A program made the translations under genes and the position numbers. A model generated the notes under the pieces. That model was not told where the DNA came from and did no database searches. It saw only the letters and a list, made by a program, of their open reading frames with translations. From Mobula hypostoma (Eukaryota), in the NCBI RefSeq assembly GCF_963921235.1, contig NC_086097.1, positions 20,648,001 to 20,712,000 on the forward strand: a stretch of 64,000 bases of DNA, read 5' to 3'. Positions 36,412-50,394 of the stretch are shown here, one piece after another; positions within the stretch are counted from its first letter, which is position 1, and every line of letters begins with the position of its first letter.

Positions 36412-38069
36412 AACACAAAATACTCTGCAGATGCTGGGGTCAAAGCAACATGCTCAGCACGCTGGAGGAACTCAGCAGGTCGGGCAGCATCAGTGGAAAC
36501 GAACAGTCAACGTTTCGGGCCGAGACCCTTTGTCAGGACTGAAGAGGGAAGGGGCAGGGGCCCTATAAAGAAGGTGGGGGGAGGGTGGGAAGGAGAAGGC
36601 TGGTAGGTGCCAGGTGAAAAACCAGTAAGGGGAAAGATCAAAGGGTGGGGGAGGGGATAGGCAGGAAAGGTGAAGAAGGAACGGGGAAAGCACAATGGGT
36701 AGTAGAAGGAGGCGGAACCATGAGGGAGGTAGTAGGCAGCTGGGGGAGGGGGCAGAGTGAAACTGGGATGGGGAGGAAATTACTGGAAGTTGGAGAAGTT
36801 CATGCCAAGGGGGCTGAAGACTACCCAGACAGTATATGAGGTGTTGCTCCTCCAACCTGAGTCTGGCCTCATCATGGCAGTAGAGGAGGCTATGTATGGA
36901 CATATCTTAATGGAAATGTGAAGCAGAGTTGAAGTGGGTGGCAACCAGGAGATCCTGTCTGTTGTGGTGGACGGAGCGGAGGTGCTCGACGAAGCGGTCC
37001 TCCAATGATCCCTGTGGAAAGCGGAGAGGGGTAGAGAGGGAAAGGTGTGCTTAGTGGTGAGGTCCTGTTGAAGGTGGCAGAAGTTGCGGAGGATAATGTG
37101 CTGGATCCGGAGGCTGGTGGGGTGGTAGGTGAGGACAAGGGGAACTCTGTCCCTGTTGTGGTGACGGGAGGATGGGGTGAGGGCCGAAGTACGGGAAATG
37201 GAGGAGATGCGGGTGAGGGCATCATTGATGCACCCCACCACTAAGCACATCTTTCCCTCTCTACCCCTCTCCGCTTTCCGCAGGGATCGTTCCCTCCGCG
37301 ACTCCCTGGTCCATACGTCCCTCCCCACGAATCTCCCACCCAGCACTTATCCCTGTAAGCCTAAGTGCTACACCTGTCCCTACACCTCCTCTCTTGCCAC
37401 CATTCAGGGCCCCAAACAGTCCTTCCAGGTGAGGCAACACTTCACTTCTGGGTCTGTTGGGGTCATCTATTGCATCCGGTGCTCCCGGTGCAGCCTCCTC
37501 TACATCGGTGAAACCCGACGCAGATTGGGGGACCGCTTCGTCGAGCACCTCTGCTCTGTCCGCCACAACAGAGAGGATCTCCCGGTTGCCACCCACTTCG
37601 ACTCTGCTTCACATTCCCATTCGGATATGTCCATACATGGCCTCCTCTAGCCATGATGAGTCCAAACTCAGGTTGGAGGAGCAACACCTCATATACCGTC
37701 TAGGTAGTCTCCAGCCCCTTGGCATGAACATTGAATTCTCCAACTTCCGGTAATTCCCTCCCCCTATCCCAGTTTCATTCTGCCCCCTCCCCCAGCTGCC
37801 CACCACCTCCCTCATGGTTCCACCTCCTTCTACACCTTTCCCGCCTATCCCCTCTTTGTTTCCCCTCCCCCACTCCTTTATCTTTCCTCTTACTGGTTTT
37901 TCACCTGGAACCTACCAGCCTTCTCCTTCCCACCCTCCCCCCACCTTCTTTATAGGGCCCCTGCCCCCTCCCTCTTCAGTCCTGATGAAGGGTCTCAGCC
38001 TGAAATGTTGACTGTTTGTTTCCACGGATGCTGCCCGACCTGCTGAGTTCCTCCAACATGCTGTGTGTG
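36412..38069. mobile_element. Penelope-like element, inverted (tail-out) structure with GIY-YIG endonuclease region
   Basis: TSD TTAGTTAG(G/C)GATGGA at 36397-36411 and 38070-38084; minus arm to about 37229, plus arm VIYCIRCSRCSLLYIGETRRRLGDRF with a premature TAG near 37648; hammerhead motifs at 36504-36541 (-) and 37977-38014 (+). Confidence 0.92.
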
Positions 38070-39497
38070 TTAGTTAGCGATGGAGGTATGTCTCCACCAG
38101 AAGAGGAGTTAGGCAATCCTTCCCTCTGCTAGCCTGCAGGTCACCCTTTGGTAAGGTGTAGCACCTGCTTAGCCCCATGATCATGGCCATGATGTGTTGG
38201 ATGGTCGTATGAGCAGCTGGTGCACATTACAAGTCCTGGTTATGCAACTACTAACACCATGCAGGCAATCTCTGAAAAGTATTGATAATGTCTGGGGACT
38301 CCTGTCTTGTAAAGACACCGACCAGAAGAAGTCAATGGCAAACGACTTCTGTAAATTTGCCAAGAACAATCATTGTCATGTGACCATGTCATACGACATG
38401 GTACATGATGATGATGTTATATTACTGTAAAGATTTTGTGTCTTTATTCTGATCTTCTAATAATTCCCCAGCTGAAATTCATAAAGATTCTCCCTTTTGT
38501 GGTTCTCTTTCCATCACAATCCTGTTGGTTAATAACATGGATAATCAGCAACCTTCAAATTACCGGCTCTGTTACTTCAGCTGGTCCTGGTGAAAAATAT
38601 ACCAATTATTTCCTTGCAGATTTTACCTTGAAAAGTTCAACTCAGTTTTCATGATCTGAAAACATTATTTCATTTCTTTTATAATCTGCGCACTACAATT
38701 TCCCAATATATTTATTGCTTGACACATGAGTACTGGATCACATATACTCAGTGCCCATATGGGCATCTGCCATGTCGGTACTTCACTAATAAGAGCAAAG
38801 ATATTGGTCCTAATTTAAAGTAGACCATATTTTTAAGTAATTTATTTTGGGGAAAAGTAGGAGGCAGAAGATGAAGGTCTGTTTCTACTCATTACAGGGA
38901 CTGAGGCTGCTTATTTGCTTTTTTCTGGATTTCCAGTGCATGATATTTTCTCTTTTGTTTGCCTTTTCTGCATAATTAAGTTTATTTTTAAATATTCCAG
39001 TTTTATACATCTTCAATCTGTGATCAAACATGCACTGGGGGAGGAAGAAATTTGTCTTTGTCTGTTAGTCTACAACACACTATTGGGTATTGTTGAGCTG
39101 CACTATTCCATTGCCATGTGTATATTTGACACTTATGACCAAGCTGAATTTATAAATAAATGTATTTGAACTTTTATATTCACAAACAGAAAGTAGTCAC
39201 TAGTATTAACTATTACTCCCTATTTGTGCTTGAGTTTAGTGGCTAGCGAGGTCATTTCCGTGGGCAGTTAAGAATCAATGGCATTGTTCAATCTGGTGTC
39301 ACACAGCAGGCCATGTAAGGACAGTACTTTTCTTTTCCAGTAAAGTTTTCATGAACCAGATGGATTTCTACACCATCCAAATAGTTTCTGAGTTTCTACA
39401 TTACTCACTCTATTATGTAATTACTTGAACTTAAGTTGTCCTTCTGCTGTGGTGCGATTCAAACTCATAGCAAAACTTTCGGTTTGCTTTTATGTAG

Positions 39498-39656
39498 AAT
39501 AAGCGACTGGAAGAGGTAAAGAAACAAGAACAGGAATTTCTTGAAGCACATTCCATCCCACTGCGAAATTATTTAATGCAGAATGTTATGCCTACCCTGA
39601 CCCAGGGTCTGATTGAGTGCTGCAAAATCAGACCTGAAGACCCAGTGGACTTTTTG
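39498..39656 (+). CDS. AK7: AK7 exon (about exon 17), [53 protein letters not shown] (Dpy-30-like motif)
   Basis: tatgtag|AAT ... TTG|gtaagg; 159 nt, phase 0/0; absent from the ORF track. Confidence 0.97.
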
Positions 39657-40945
39657 GTAAGGACTTTGCTCCATCTGTCCCAATGAATCTGTCTAGTAGG
39701 TTCTCTTCTCAATGCAAGAGAACATTGTGTGAATCAGTACAGGTTCAGATCAGTCTGTGTGGGGATGATGCAGCCAAATTCCCATTCTTGGGAATAGTCC
39801 ATTGACAGCTATGATTGACTCGCCCACTGTCGAGGGAATAGATTCCACAAAATGACCCAGGCTTTGATTTATTGCCAGCATCGTTATTCCCTCTATGTTT
39901 CCTATTCATTCATAAAAAGTGGGGATTGCCACCATATATTGCCCATCTGTAATTCCCCTTGCATCAAATGGCTTGCAAGTCAACTTGAAGTAGAACTAAG
40001 AGTCAGCCATGTTGTGTAGCACTTAGGTCAGACCTGCTGGGAAATTCACTTCCTAAGGGACATTATTATACCTGATGGGTTTTGATATCAATCTGATGGT
40101 TTCATCACTGACCTGCATGGTTTAGTAATTCACTGAGTTGTGGATGTGAGTTTTTGGACTTCTGGGGAACTAAAGGATGTTGGGAACCAGGCTGGAAATT
40201 GAATTGAAACCAAAGACCAGATTATTCATGATCTTATTGACTGAAGACTAGTCAAGCTTGAGGAGTGGCTTCTTCTGCTATTTTCTATTTTCTATGCCGT
40301 TATTCAAGATTTAATTATTTAATTGCATTTCGATTCCACAGCTGCTGTGGTGGGGATTGAACCAATGTTCCTGCACCTTCAGTCATGACCTTTTAATTTT
40401 CAAATATATCTCCAAAAAACATAAACTTAACTTGTAACATGAGAGCATTTTGATCTTTTTCATAGATGCCTGCAGAATTCTTCTAATGTTTCTCAGGAAA
40501 AAAAATGCAGATAATTTGTACATATCCAACGAATCTTTCAGAATCCACATTTTGGAAACTAAAGCAGATGCACTGGATAGCTGTTAAACTTCCTACCTTT
40601 AGGCAATGGACACTGGCAAAAATTGTAATTCAACATTTGAAGCAAACTACAGTTTCTCTTCTCCATCACTGAGTTCAGATAGCATATCAGGTTCACAAAT
40701 CTGCAATTTTTAAAGTTTACTTCCATTTTTTCCCTACTTGTTAAAAGTATGGTTTACCGGCATAGAAAAAGCAGCTAGTTACAGTAACTTTAGTTTTCAA
40801 GTCAATGTTTCCTCAAAAACACTGATTAGATGAGTTTAAAACATCATTGCTGTCTTTAATTACATCTCCTTAAAACACCTCTAATGGACACAAGCTGAAT
40901 TGACAAACCTTTGTAACATCCACTATACTTGTATATTTTTTTAAG

Positions 40946-40984
40946 GCTGAGTACTTGTTCAAGAACAATCCACAAATTGAATGA
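40946..40984 (+). CDS. AK7: AK7 terminal coding exon, AEYLFKNNPQIE*
   Basis: ttttttttaag|GCT ... GAA TGA; matches recalled human C-terminus AEYLFKNNPEAQ. Confidence 0.93.
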   Translation, partial: AEYLFKNNPQIE

Positions 40985-41346
40985 AGAAAGACATCAAGCA
41001 AACATGAAGATAAGCTTTGATGGAATACAATTGATAGAGTTAATTCACTTAACACAATTGTTGGAACAATGTTTCTTTATCAATTGTACTTTAGTAAAAT
41101 CAATTGTAGTAGAAATACTATCTGCGATATTAAATCCTTCTAATATATTCAAATATGGAGAACTCATCTATTTGTATTTCTACAATGCAATGTCCTTTTG
41201 CTATTTAGGAAAAAATCTAAAAAGTACACCATTTGTTCGTTAGACTTTGATTCATGTGAAATTTAGAGCAAATAAGTAATGTGAAAACAATTGTATTTTT
41301 AGTTTTAAAGTAAATGGATTCTCTTTAACAGGAGAATGTCTGGTTT

Positions 41347-41352
41347 AATAAA
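41347..41352 (+). terminator. Candidate AK7 polyadenylation signal AATAAA
   Basis: AATAAA about 360 nt after the stop codon, in an AT-rich 3' UTR and before repeats resume. Confidence 0.45.
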
Positions 41353-41953
41353 TGAAATCTTTCAGATAGCCAGCCTTTTTGAGTAGGTGTGAAAACTGGA
41401 TAGTTCTAAGTAAGTCAACAACCTGTTAAAAACTCATTGTTTTTGCTCTCCACACATATTGCTTGATCCATATTTATTGTAAATTTCCAGACTGGTGTAT
41501 TCTGTATTCTACAGTTTCTGCCTGGTTCCAGTACTGACCGTTCTGGGACCATTGGACCACAGGCCAAAAGTATAAGCAGGAGTAGGGCATTCTGCATTCA
41601 AGCCTACTCTCTCATTCAGATCACAGCTGATCTGACTTTCCTAAACTCCACTATCTATGCTTTCCCTTGACTCCCTAGTAATCTTATATGTTTCAGTAAG
41701 ATAGCCTCCTAGTCTTTTAAACTCCAGTGAGTAAGATCCCAACGTTTCCTCATATGACAATCCCTCCATAGAGGGGATCATCCTAGTGATCACTCGTAAA
41801 AACCTTCAATAAAATAATACCAGCACTATATTAGGTTTGGCTTCACTAAAGCCTTACACGATTGGAATAAGACTTCAGTACTTTTATGCTCCGTTGAAGT
41901 TAGAGCCAATATCCTATTAGCATTCCCTATTACTGCCTGCACTTGAGTACCAG

Positions 41954-42351
41954 TGTAGTAGCTAAACCAAACCAAAACCAAAACAATTGCCGCTGCTGGT
42001 GACCCTACCGATTTCTTATACTTGCATGACGTGCCCCTGTTCCAATAATGATTGCTCCAAACGTCGAGGATACGTATTCAATCATTTATTAGCAATTAGC
42101 AAATATAAAATATTGAAGTGATGAATCTTCAACGTACCCAAGTGTAAGCTAAGTGCAATTGAGCAGTCATCAAAAGATCTGGTATCTGCCGGCCCCCAAG
42201 CTACAAACTGTGACAAACAAAGCACGACTTTGTGACTTATTCCCTTTGCTTTTACCATGGCCCCACTCATGTGACCAGTTACCATAATAAACATAATAAA
42301 CGCGGAACACAGAATGCAATGCAGGTAGAGAACAGATGCATGGCTCCTACA
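41954..42351. mobile_element. Probable solo LTR, 398 bp
   Basis: Termini TGTAGTAGC...GCTCCTACA (8/9 inverted match); 5-bp flanks ACCAG/AGCAG; interrupts a CR1 fragment; CpG-enriched. Confidence 0.55.
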
Positions 42352-45300
42352 AGCAGTTTTCTATGTTTCATGTGCAAGGACCCCAAAACCATTTAAATAA
42401 TATCCCATTCATTTGTTCTTCCCTGCAGAAGAACATTTAAGACATTTCCTTCACTCTCTCTTCACCCAATCCCCTTTTCTACAACTTAGAACATGCTGGA
42501 ATTCAGAGGGACCTGTGCATCCATGTACATGAATCACTGAAAATGAGCATGTAGGTACAGCAAGGGATTACGAAGATTAGTGATATGGTGGCTTTTATTC
42601 TAAGATGATTTGAACATCAACCAGTCTGCTGACTCAAAGAAGTTCTGTGGAAGGTCATCTGTCTCCTCAGACCAGCACTACGAGAATTTCTCACCCCTCA
42701 CAGGAGTGAGACTTTAAACTATGTGTTATCTGCACTCCTAAAGCAGCCACATCTTCACCGAACTAAACTTTGGAATTCCCTCCATAAATTTCCGTATTTC
42801 TCCTTCCATCGTTCCTGCTTAAAAGTTACCTTTTTAAAAGAAAAGTTTGTGTAGTTCCTCATCCTAACAGCTTTTTCTTTATTCAACTTATGTCTATTTT
42901 GTCTTTTTCAAAGTGCTTAGGAACTTTACAGCGTTAACCCAAGCAGTTATTTTTCATTATTCAATTTGTTTGTAATTTTTATAATACAAGTTACATTCTT
43001 CCTCATTCAGGTTTATTGTCACTGACATATTTTGGGAAATTTGTTGGTTTGTGGCTACAGTGCAGAGAATGCACATAGCAAATGTTTCTATCCAACTTGA
43101 TGAAAAGGTGACAAAGAAACTCTCACAACAATCAGTCTGTTAATCCCTACCCTCTGCCACTTTGATTCCCTGCTTGTGTTCAGCCAAAGATATAAAACAC
43201 CAAACTCAGCAATTTTTCATTCAGGTTTTGTATTGTTCATACATTCGTTTAAGTTTGTTAGCAGATCTACAGAATTGGAAACTATTTATTCTATTCCTAA
43301 GTGCACCATATTGGACAACATTAAAGCAGCTAGAAATTTCATTTGAGGAGGCAGTACATAAATGGAGTGATCACTGGTTGGCCCGTGTACCAGCTTTTGC
43401 CTCTACACATTTTGGAGTCATACTGTTGATGATATGTTATTCAACAGTATCCTTGTATGCATAACACCAGCTCAACAAATGTTTACCTAAATTTAAGTCC
43501 TAACTAAGATATGTGTGCAATAAATGTGTTTTAAAGTAACATTAACAAAGAAAGCACACATTGTTACAACCATATACCTGTATAAAAAGTCCACCTTTTA
43601 ATTTCTTTGCTTCAAGAGAACATTAGCAATGTGCTGAATGTGTTAAAATTGAAACCAACTGAAATACCTGAGGTTAAACATTAAAGACTAAGTTAAAGGC
43701 ACTGGATATCAGTTTTGGGAAACAACTTCTGCTTTTTTAAATGTTTCCCAAACCAACAGAAACTCCGGCAGAGAAAATTATGATTCTACATAAACTGAAC
43801 TGCAACTCTGCGATTCCCATGTAAATAAAAGGTTCTGTTCTCATATTTCATTAGGTACTTCAAGATGAGGAAGGTGGTTTAGGCAGATTTATTTATTTGT
43901 CAAAAAAGCTATGCTTGTGCACTTACTTCTTTCTTAAACTATTTCCAGTTTCCAACATATCAGGATAAAGTTCATTACACCATGAACAAGTACTTTACAA
44001 TGGAGAGAAACTGCAGCCAGGTCTGAAGTGCCAGGATTCAGACCCACTCCCAAGGCCTTGTCCGTGGTGATGTTTAATCTGCCATAAGTACAGAATTGGA
44101 TGCAGATATCCGGGTGGAAGCAGAGGGGTCAGATCATTGCTGCAATGCCTCGGAGCACATGTATTGCCCATTCTCCCAAATTAAGGTTCAAATAGCCAGG
44201 CATTTCATAAAGTTTCTTACTTTCTAACAACTTTTAAACACAAGATATTTTGCACATGTTGGAAATCCAGGATAACACACACACCTGCTGGAAGAACTTA
44301 GCGGGTCAGTCAACATCCAGAAGGGAAATAAACAGTCAACTCTTTGGGCTGAGACTCTTCGGTAGGACTGGAAAGAAAGGGTTTGGGGAAGAAGTCAAAA
44401 TAAGAAGGTGGCTGGAGGGAGGAGGGATGGAGTATAAGCTGGCAGGTAATAGGTAAAGCTAGGTGAGGGCAAAGATGGGTGGGGGTGGGGAGAGGGATGA
44501 AGTCAGAAGCTGGAAGGTGTTGGGTGGAAAAGATAAAAGTGGCACTGGCAACTTTACCTCCAGCTGTTTTTTATTCAAGGATGTATATGAAAGTGATATA
44601 AACCCTGTATTTCCTTCTGTTCATCCAATCAACCAGGCTCACAATGCAGTTTTCTGTGGAGATGTGTAAATATTTATGTAGATAACCTGTACTCTATAAA
44701 AAAGAAGCAGCACCTTTCAGAACTTCACAGAAATTTGGGGACTTTTAATAGTCACTGTTATGCAATAGGAACAGCCAAATTTAGCACAGCAAACCCCTAC
44801 AAACAGCAAAGTGATAATGATATTTGATTGTTGGTTGAAGCGTAATATGTCAGGCACAACTCCAAGAGAAGCAGACCTGACCTTCTAAACGTGGAGATGC
44901 AAGAGACGGCAGATTTTAATTAGTTTTTAATTTAGAGATACAGCACCCTTCAGGCCCACGAGCCCATACTGCACAATTACACCCATGTGACCAACTAACC
45001 TACTAACCCATACATCTTTGGAAGAATAAGAGGAGAACTCATTGAAATGTTGAAAACAGACGGGGATAAACAGGCTGGAGGTTTCCTCCAGCTGAGCAGT
45101 CTCAAACAGCGTTGAGTATTGGAGTTGGGACTTCAAGTTGCAAGTGTATAAGTCATTGGTTAGGTGGCACTTAAGAATATTGTCTGCAATCATGGTTGTC
45201 ATGCTTTATGAAAGATGTAATCAAAATAGTAAGAATGCGAAAAGGTTCACAGGAACGTTGCCTGAACTGGAGAATTGGATCAACTGGGATTGTTTTCCCT

Positions 45301-48300
45301 GGAGTGAAGGAGGCTAAGATGTGACAATAGTGATGTACAGTATATGAAACTGAGGGGCACACATAGTTCTAACCAGGGCTATCAAGCCTTTTTGAGACTG
45401 TGCCCCCAAATTGGCAAAAATCCTCTGAAAAGAATTCTCTCACGTGCCATGGTAATCTTTTTTATCATTGATTAATGAATTAGTAACAAAAAATATGAAT
45501 GTTGGTAAATAAAAAGGATGAGTCGTGCTGCCTATTTACATGTATTCATTGTTTTACTATTAACATTAGTATTAATTTAGTATTTTACCATAAGATGCAT
45601 AAAGCTTTATTATCCTTTTTAATCATGCCAAATCTTTCTCCTCACTACTCTTGAAAATCTCTGCTTCTTCTCCCCCCATCATTTGAACATTTTTGTTTCT
45701 TTGCTGACTTAAAAATATCTCATTGTTAACTTAGATAACACAGTTTTACTAATATAATTTTGATTATTGTGAAAAATATTCATTGAGGTGCTAAGTAAAT
45801 ACATTATCTACTGTTATTGCCGGTGAATATCCAGTATTCACTCATAAACAACAGAAGAAAAAATAGAAACATAGAAACATAGAAAATAGGTGCAGGAGTA
45901 GGCCATTTGGCCCTTCGAGCCTGCACCGCCATTCAGTATGATCATGGCTGATCATCCAACTCAGAACCCTGTACCTGCCTTCCCCCCATACCCCCTGATC
46001 CCTTTAGCCACAAGGGCCATATCTAACTCCCTCTTAAATATAGCCAATGAACTGGCCTCAACTGTTTCCTGTGGCAGAGAATTCCACAGATTCACCACTC
46101 TCTGTGTGAAGAATATAAGCAGAGCATGCCAGTGCCAACAGGCCCAATCATTTGTGACCCAGATACTGATGTCAACTCCAGGTCTGAGATGATTTCAAAT
46201 TGTATTATCCAATGACACGTGTTCTCATATCCATCTAGCTGGCACCAAACCGGTGCGAGGTGTTTCCTGTGAAAATATCTCACTGCTTTCGGCTTGTAAA
46301 AATAATCATTTGCTGCTTCATTTGGCAAGAAAGATGGTTATGTATCTTTTTATTAATGGTAGGGTTTAAAGAATTGAGGAGTGGCACTGTACGCTGCATG
46401 CCAACAAAATTTTTGCTGGTGTTCTCTTGGACACAGGGCCTGGGGGAAAGCTAGTCATAGGTAGAAAGTGTAAAGCCAGCACAGACAGCAGGATTGGACT
46501 TGTGTTGCTGTGAGACAGCGGCACTTCCATTACGTCATCTTTATGTGTGCTTCTTGAGCATTGTGAGAGCTGCACTCAGCCAAGCAGGTATTCGGACTGT
46601 CCATTTTGCCCTGAAATGTTACCAACTCTTTTTCCTCTCACTGAGTTCCTCCACCTGGTTGTATATGGCTCCAGAATCCAGCATCTGCAGTGTCTTGCAT
46701 ATTCCATCATGTCCCTGGCTACAGTCTTTTAGGTAGTGGAGAAACTTTGGATGTCAGTAGGTGGTCACCATAGGATACCCGGCATCTGACCTGCTCTTGT
46801 GATCATGCTATTTATGTAGCAATACACAAGATGCTGGAAAAGCTCAGTGGGTCCGGGAGCATCTATAGAGAGAAAGGGACAGTCAGAGTTTTGGGTCCAG
46901 ACCTTTCTTACGGACTGAATGACAGAGGGGAAATAGGCAGTATGAAAAGACGGAGGGAAGGGGGTGGATCAAGCCCCTTGAACCCAGTTGAAGCCGTTTA
47001 ACCCAATTATGTCAACTCTACATTTTCCTCCACAGATGCCGCCTGACCTGCTGAGTTTCTCCAGAATCTCCTGTGTTGTTGCAGATTCCAGCTTCCTAAG
47101 TCTTTTGTGTCTAAATCAAAGTTGAGTTTATTGTCATATACATACATAAATGTGTGCACAGGTTCAATGAAAAACTTAATTATGGCAGCATCGCAACATT
47201 CCCAAGAAAATCAAAAACATAAATTATGCATCATTTTTCCCATGAAATAACACAATTTGAACAAAGTCCAAAATAAAGTTTTGAAAAAAGTCTTCACGAT
47301 ACTCAGATAAACCCACGAAGGTGCCGGCGGAACTCAGCAAGTCAAGCAGCATGTATGGCGGGAAATAAGCATTTGACCTTTTGAGTTCAATATTATTTTT
47401 TTATATTTCCATAGTTTGTCTTTCTTTGCACACTGGTTGTTTGTCAGCTGTACATTTCGCAACATAAATGTTACCCACTGAGTTCCTCCAGCATTCGGCG
47501 TGTTGCTCCAGATTCCAGACTCCAGTGACTGTGTGGTGTTTATGTATTTTATCCAGCTGAGGTTCTGTTCAGTGGTAATTCCCCACTCCCCCATGACTTA
47601 GCAAAGAAATCAACTTAAGTAGCTCTTAGTATCCTGACATCTGGTATTCTCCCATCAACTTCCACCAAATGGCATGGACAGTTCAAGTTCTGCTTTTTGG
47701 CATTCAACCATACTCACGTATACTGCCAAATGAAACAAGGTTCCTCTGGACCAAGGTGCACAATACAGTACATATAACTCACACAGTAATACTGCCATAA
47801 GTAAATTAACCAGATTCAGGAACCATCAACCATCAACCATCAGGCTCTTGAACCACGGGGGATAACTCAACTCAACTTCGCTTGCCCCAGGAGTCCCACA
47901 GCCTGTTGACTCACTTTCAAGGACTCTTTATCTCATGTTCGCAATATTTATTGCTTATTTATTTATTACTTTAAAATTTTCTTATTGTATTAGCACAGTT
48001 TTTTTGTCTTCTACACACCGGTTGTCTGCCCTGATGACGTGGTCTTTCATTGGTTCTGTTAAGGTTGCCCTCAAGCGCCACCATGTCCCAATGAAGACCA
48101 GGAAACTCATTCTGGACTACTGCAGTAACCTCAGTCTGAGTCACCTTTGGGACAGTCACATCTGATTTGCATCGTCTTGAGAAGGGGATTGGAGCAGGAT
48201 GTACAGTGTCTGTGATCATCCTCTCCTTGGCAAAGTCTGCAGAGGTAGAGTGCAGAGGCCCTTTGTCAGTGGATGACCTGACTGTAACAATGTCAGTTCC

Positions 48301-49094
48301 AGGATGCAGATGGATCTTCCAGGGTCAGAGAAGCTCACTGCTTGAGCTAAGAAATCCAGATCATTGGTACTTAAGAGAAGAAAGGTGGTGAACAAATTCC
48401 TCTTTCACCTGGAAGGCACCCAAATTCCATGCCTATTGGAGAAGCTGGAGAAGAGCCTTGGCTCACTGAAGGACACAACATCCACCAAAGCAGCCGGGAT
48501 AGAATTGCAGCAACGGTTGACAGCTGTGGACAAGTCAGGGCTGCCGGGTAAATTCTCCCCTGAATCCTGTGGCCTCTGCTAGCCTCTGGTGTCCCACTGC
48601 CAACAGCTGAGACCTTTGAGAGAGAAATCAGCCAGCACCCACGGAGGTGGTAGGGCCTGCCCAGGAGCCTAAACAGCATCGCCTTGTACGGGAAGAAAAA
48701 CAGACAAACTCCCCCATTGGCAGTGTGAGTGAGGAGTTCGTGGTTACCGTGCAAGAACAGTGTTGCAATTCAGAGAATCCAGCGACCCGAAGGTCCCACA
48801 CGCTGGCATTGAGGTGAGGACGAGCAGGAGGTGGAGGGCACAGGATGCAGTTGAACAAGCCGAAGCATGGCTGTGCCACAGGGTGCTGGTGGGCCCAGTG
48901 GCATCGGGGAGGGCAGGCTTGGGTTGCTTCCCAACAGTCCGCTACGGTAAGGTGCAAGGAAGAGCGAGGCGCCAGTTGGTCCAGCAGGAGGTGTGAGTTG
49001 TAAACACAAAATAATCTGCAGATGCTGGGGTCAAAGCAACATTCACAACATGCTGGAGGAACTCAGCAGGTCGGGCAGCATCCGTGGAAATGAA

Positions 49095-49132
49095 CTGTCA
49101 ACGTTTCGGGCCGGTACCCTTCGTCAGGACTG
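49095..49132 (-). ncRNA. Minimal type-I hammerhead ribozyme motif (Penelope terminus)
   Basis: Minus strand CAGUC-CUGACGA-A-GGG-UACCGG-CCC-GAAA-C-GUU^GACAG; core intact. Confidence 0.75.
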
Positions 49133-49662
49133 AAGAGGGAAGGGGCAGAGGCCCTATAAAGAAGGTGGGGGGAGGGAGGGAAGGAGAAGGCTGGTAGGTT
49201 CGAGGTGAAAAACCAATAAGGGGAATGATTAAGGGGTGGGGGAGGGGAAGCAGGGAGGGGATAGGCAGGAAAGGTGAAGAAGGAATAGGGGAAAACATAA
49301 TGGGTAGAAGAAGGCAGAACCATGAGGGAGGTAGTAAGCAGCTGGAGGAGGGGGCAGAGTGAAACTGGGATGGGGGAAAGGAGGGGGAGGGAATTACTGG
49401 AAGTTGGAGAATTCTATGTTCATACCAAGGGGCTGGAGACTACCTAGACGGTACATGAGGTGTTGCTCCTCCAACCTGAGTTTAGCCTCATCATGGCAGT
49501 AGAGGAGGCCATGTATGGACATATCCCACTGACTCTCATAACTACCTCAACTATACCTCTTCCCACCCAGCCACATGCAAAAATGCCATTCCCTATTCCT
49601 AGTTCCTCCATCTACGCCGCATCTGCTCCGAGGATGAGGTTTTCCATTCCAGGACATCTCAA

Positions 49663-50394
49663 ATGTCCTCTTTCTTTAAGGATCGTGGTTTCCCTTCTGC
49701 TGTCATCAATGATGCACTCACCCGCATTTCCTCCATTTCCTACACTTCAGCTCTCACCCCATCCTCCTGCCACCACAACAGGGACAGAGTTCCCCTTGTC
49801 CTCACCTACCACCCCACCAGCCTCCGGATCCAGCACATTATCCTCCACAACTTCCGCCACCTTCAACAGGACCCCACCACTAAGCACATCTTTCCCTCTC
49901 CACCCCTCTCCGCTTTCCACAGGGATCGGTCCCTCCACGACTCCTTAGTCCACACGTCCCTCCCCACGAATCTCCCACCTGGCACTTATCCCTGTAAGCG
50001 CAAGTGCTACACGGGTCCCTACACCTCCTCTCCTGCCACCATTCAGGGCCCCAAACAGTCCTTCCAGGTGAGGCAACACTTCACTTGTGAGTCTGTTGGG
50101 GTCATCTATTGCATCCGGCGCTCCCGGTGCAGTCTCCTCTACATCGGTGAAACCCGACGCAGATTGGGGGACCGCTTTGTCGAGCACCTCCGCTCCGTCC
50201 GCCAAAACAGACAGGATCTCCCAGTAGCCACCCACTTCAACTCTGCTTCCCACTCCCATTCAGATATGTCCATACATGGCCTCCTCTACTGCCATGATGA
50301 GGCTAAACTCAGGTTGGAGAAGCAACACCTCATATACCGTCTAGGTAGTCTCCAGCCCCTTGGTATGAACATAGAATTCTCCAACTTCCGGTAA
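49663..50394 (+). pseudogene. Penelope RT thumb/linker and GIY-YIG endonuclease C-terminal ORF (243 aa, 5'-truncated)
   Basis: RVPLVLTYHP, FTCESVGVIYCIRRSRCSLLYIGETRRRLGDRFVEHLRSV, LPVATHFN, LGSLQPLGMNIEF; upstream in-frame TAG. Confidence 0.9.

Noticed and set aside
38085..38415. HDV-like ribozyme at the head of the (GAT)n-tailed repeat that hosts the Penelope insertion
   Set aside because: Could not assign P1-P4 pairings by eye.
45374..45860. Possible hAT transposon end (CAGGGCTATCAAGCCTTTTT)
   Set aside because: No matching opposite TIR or 8-bp TSD found.
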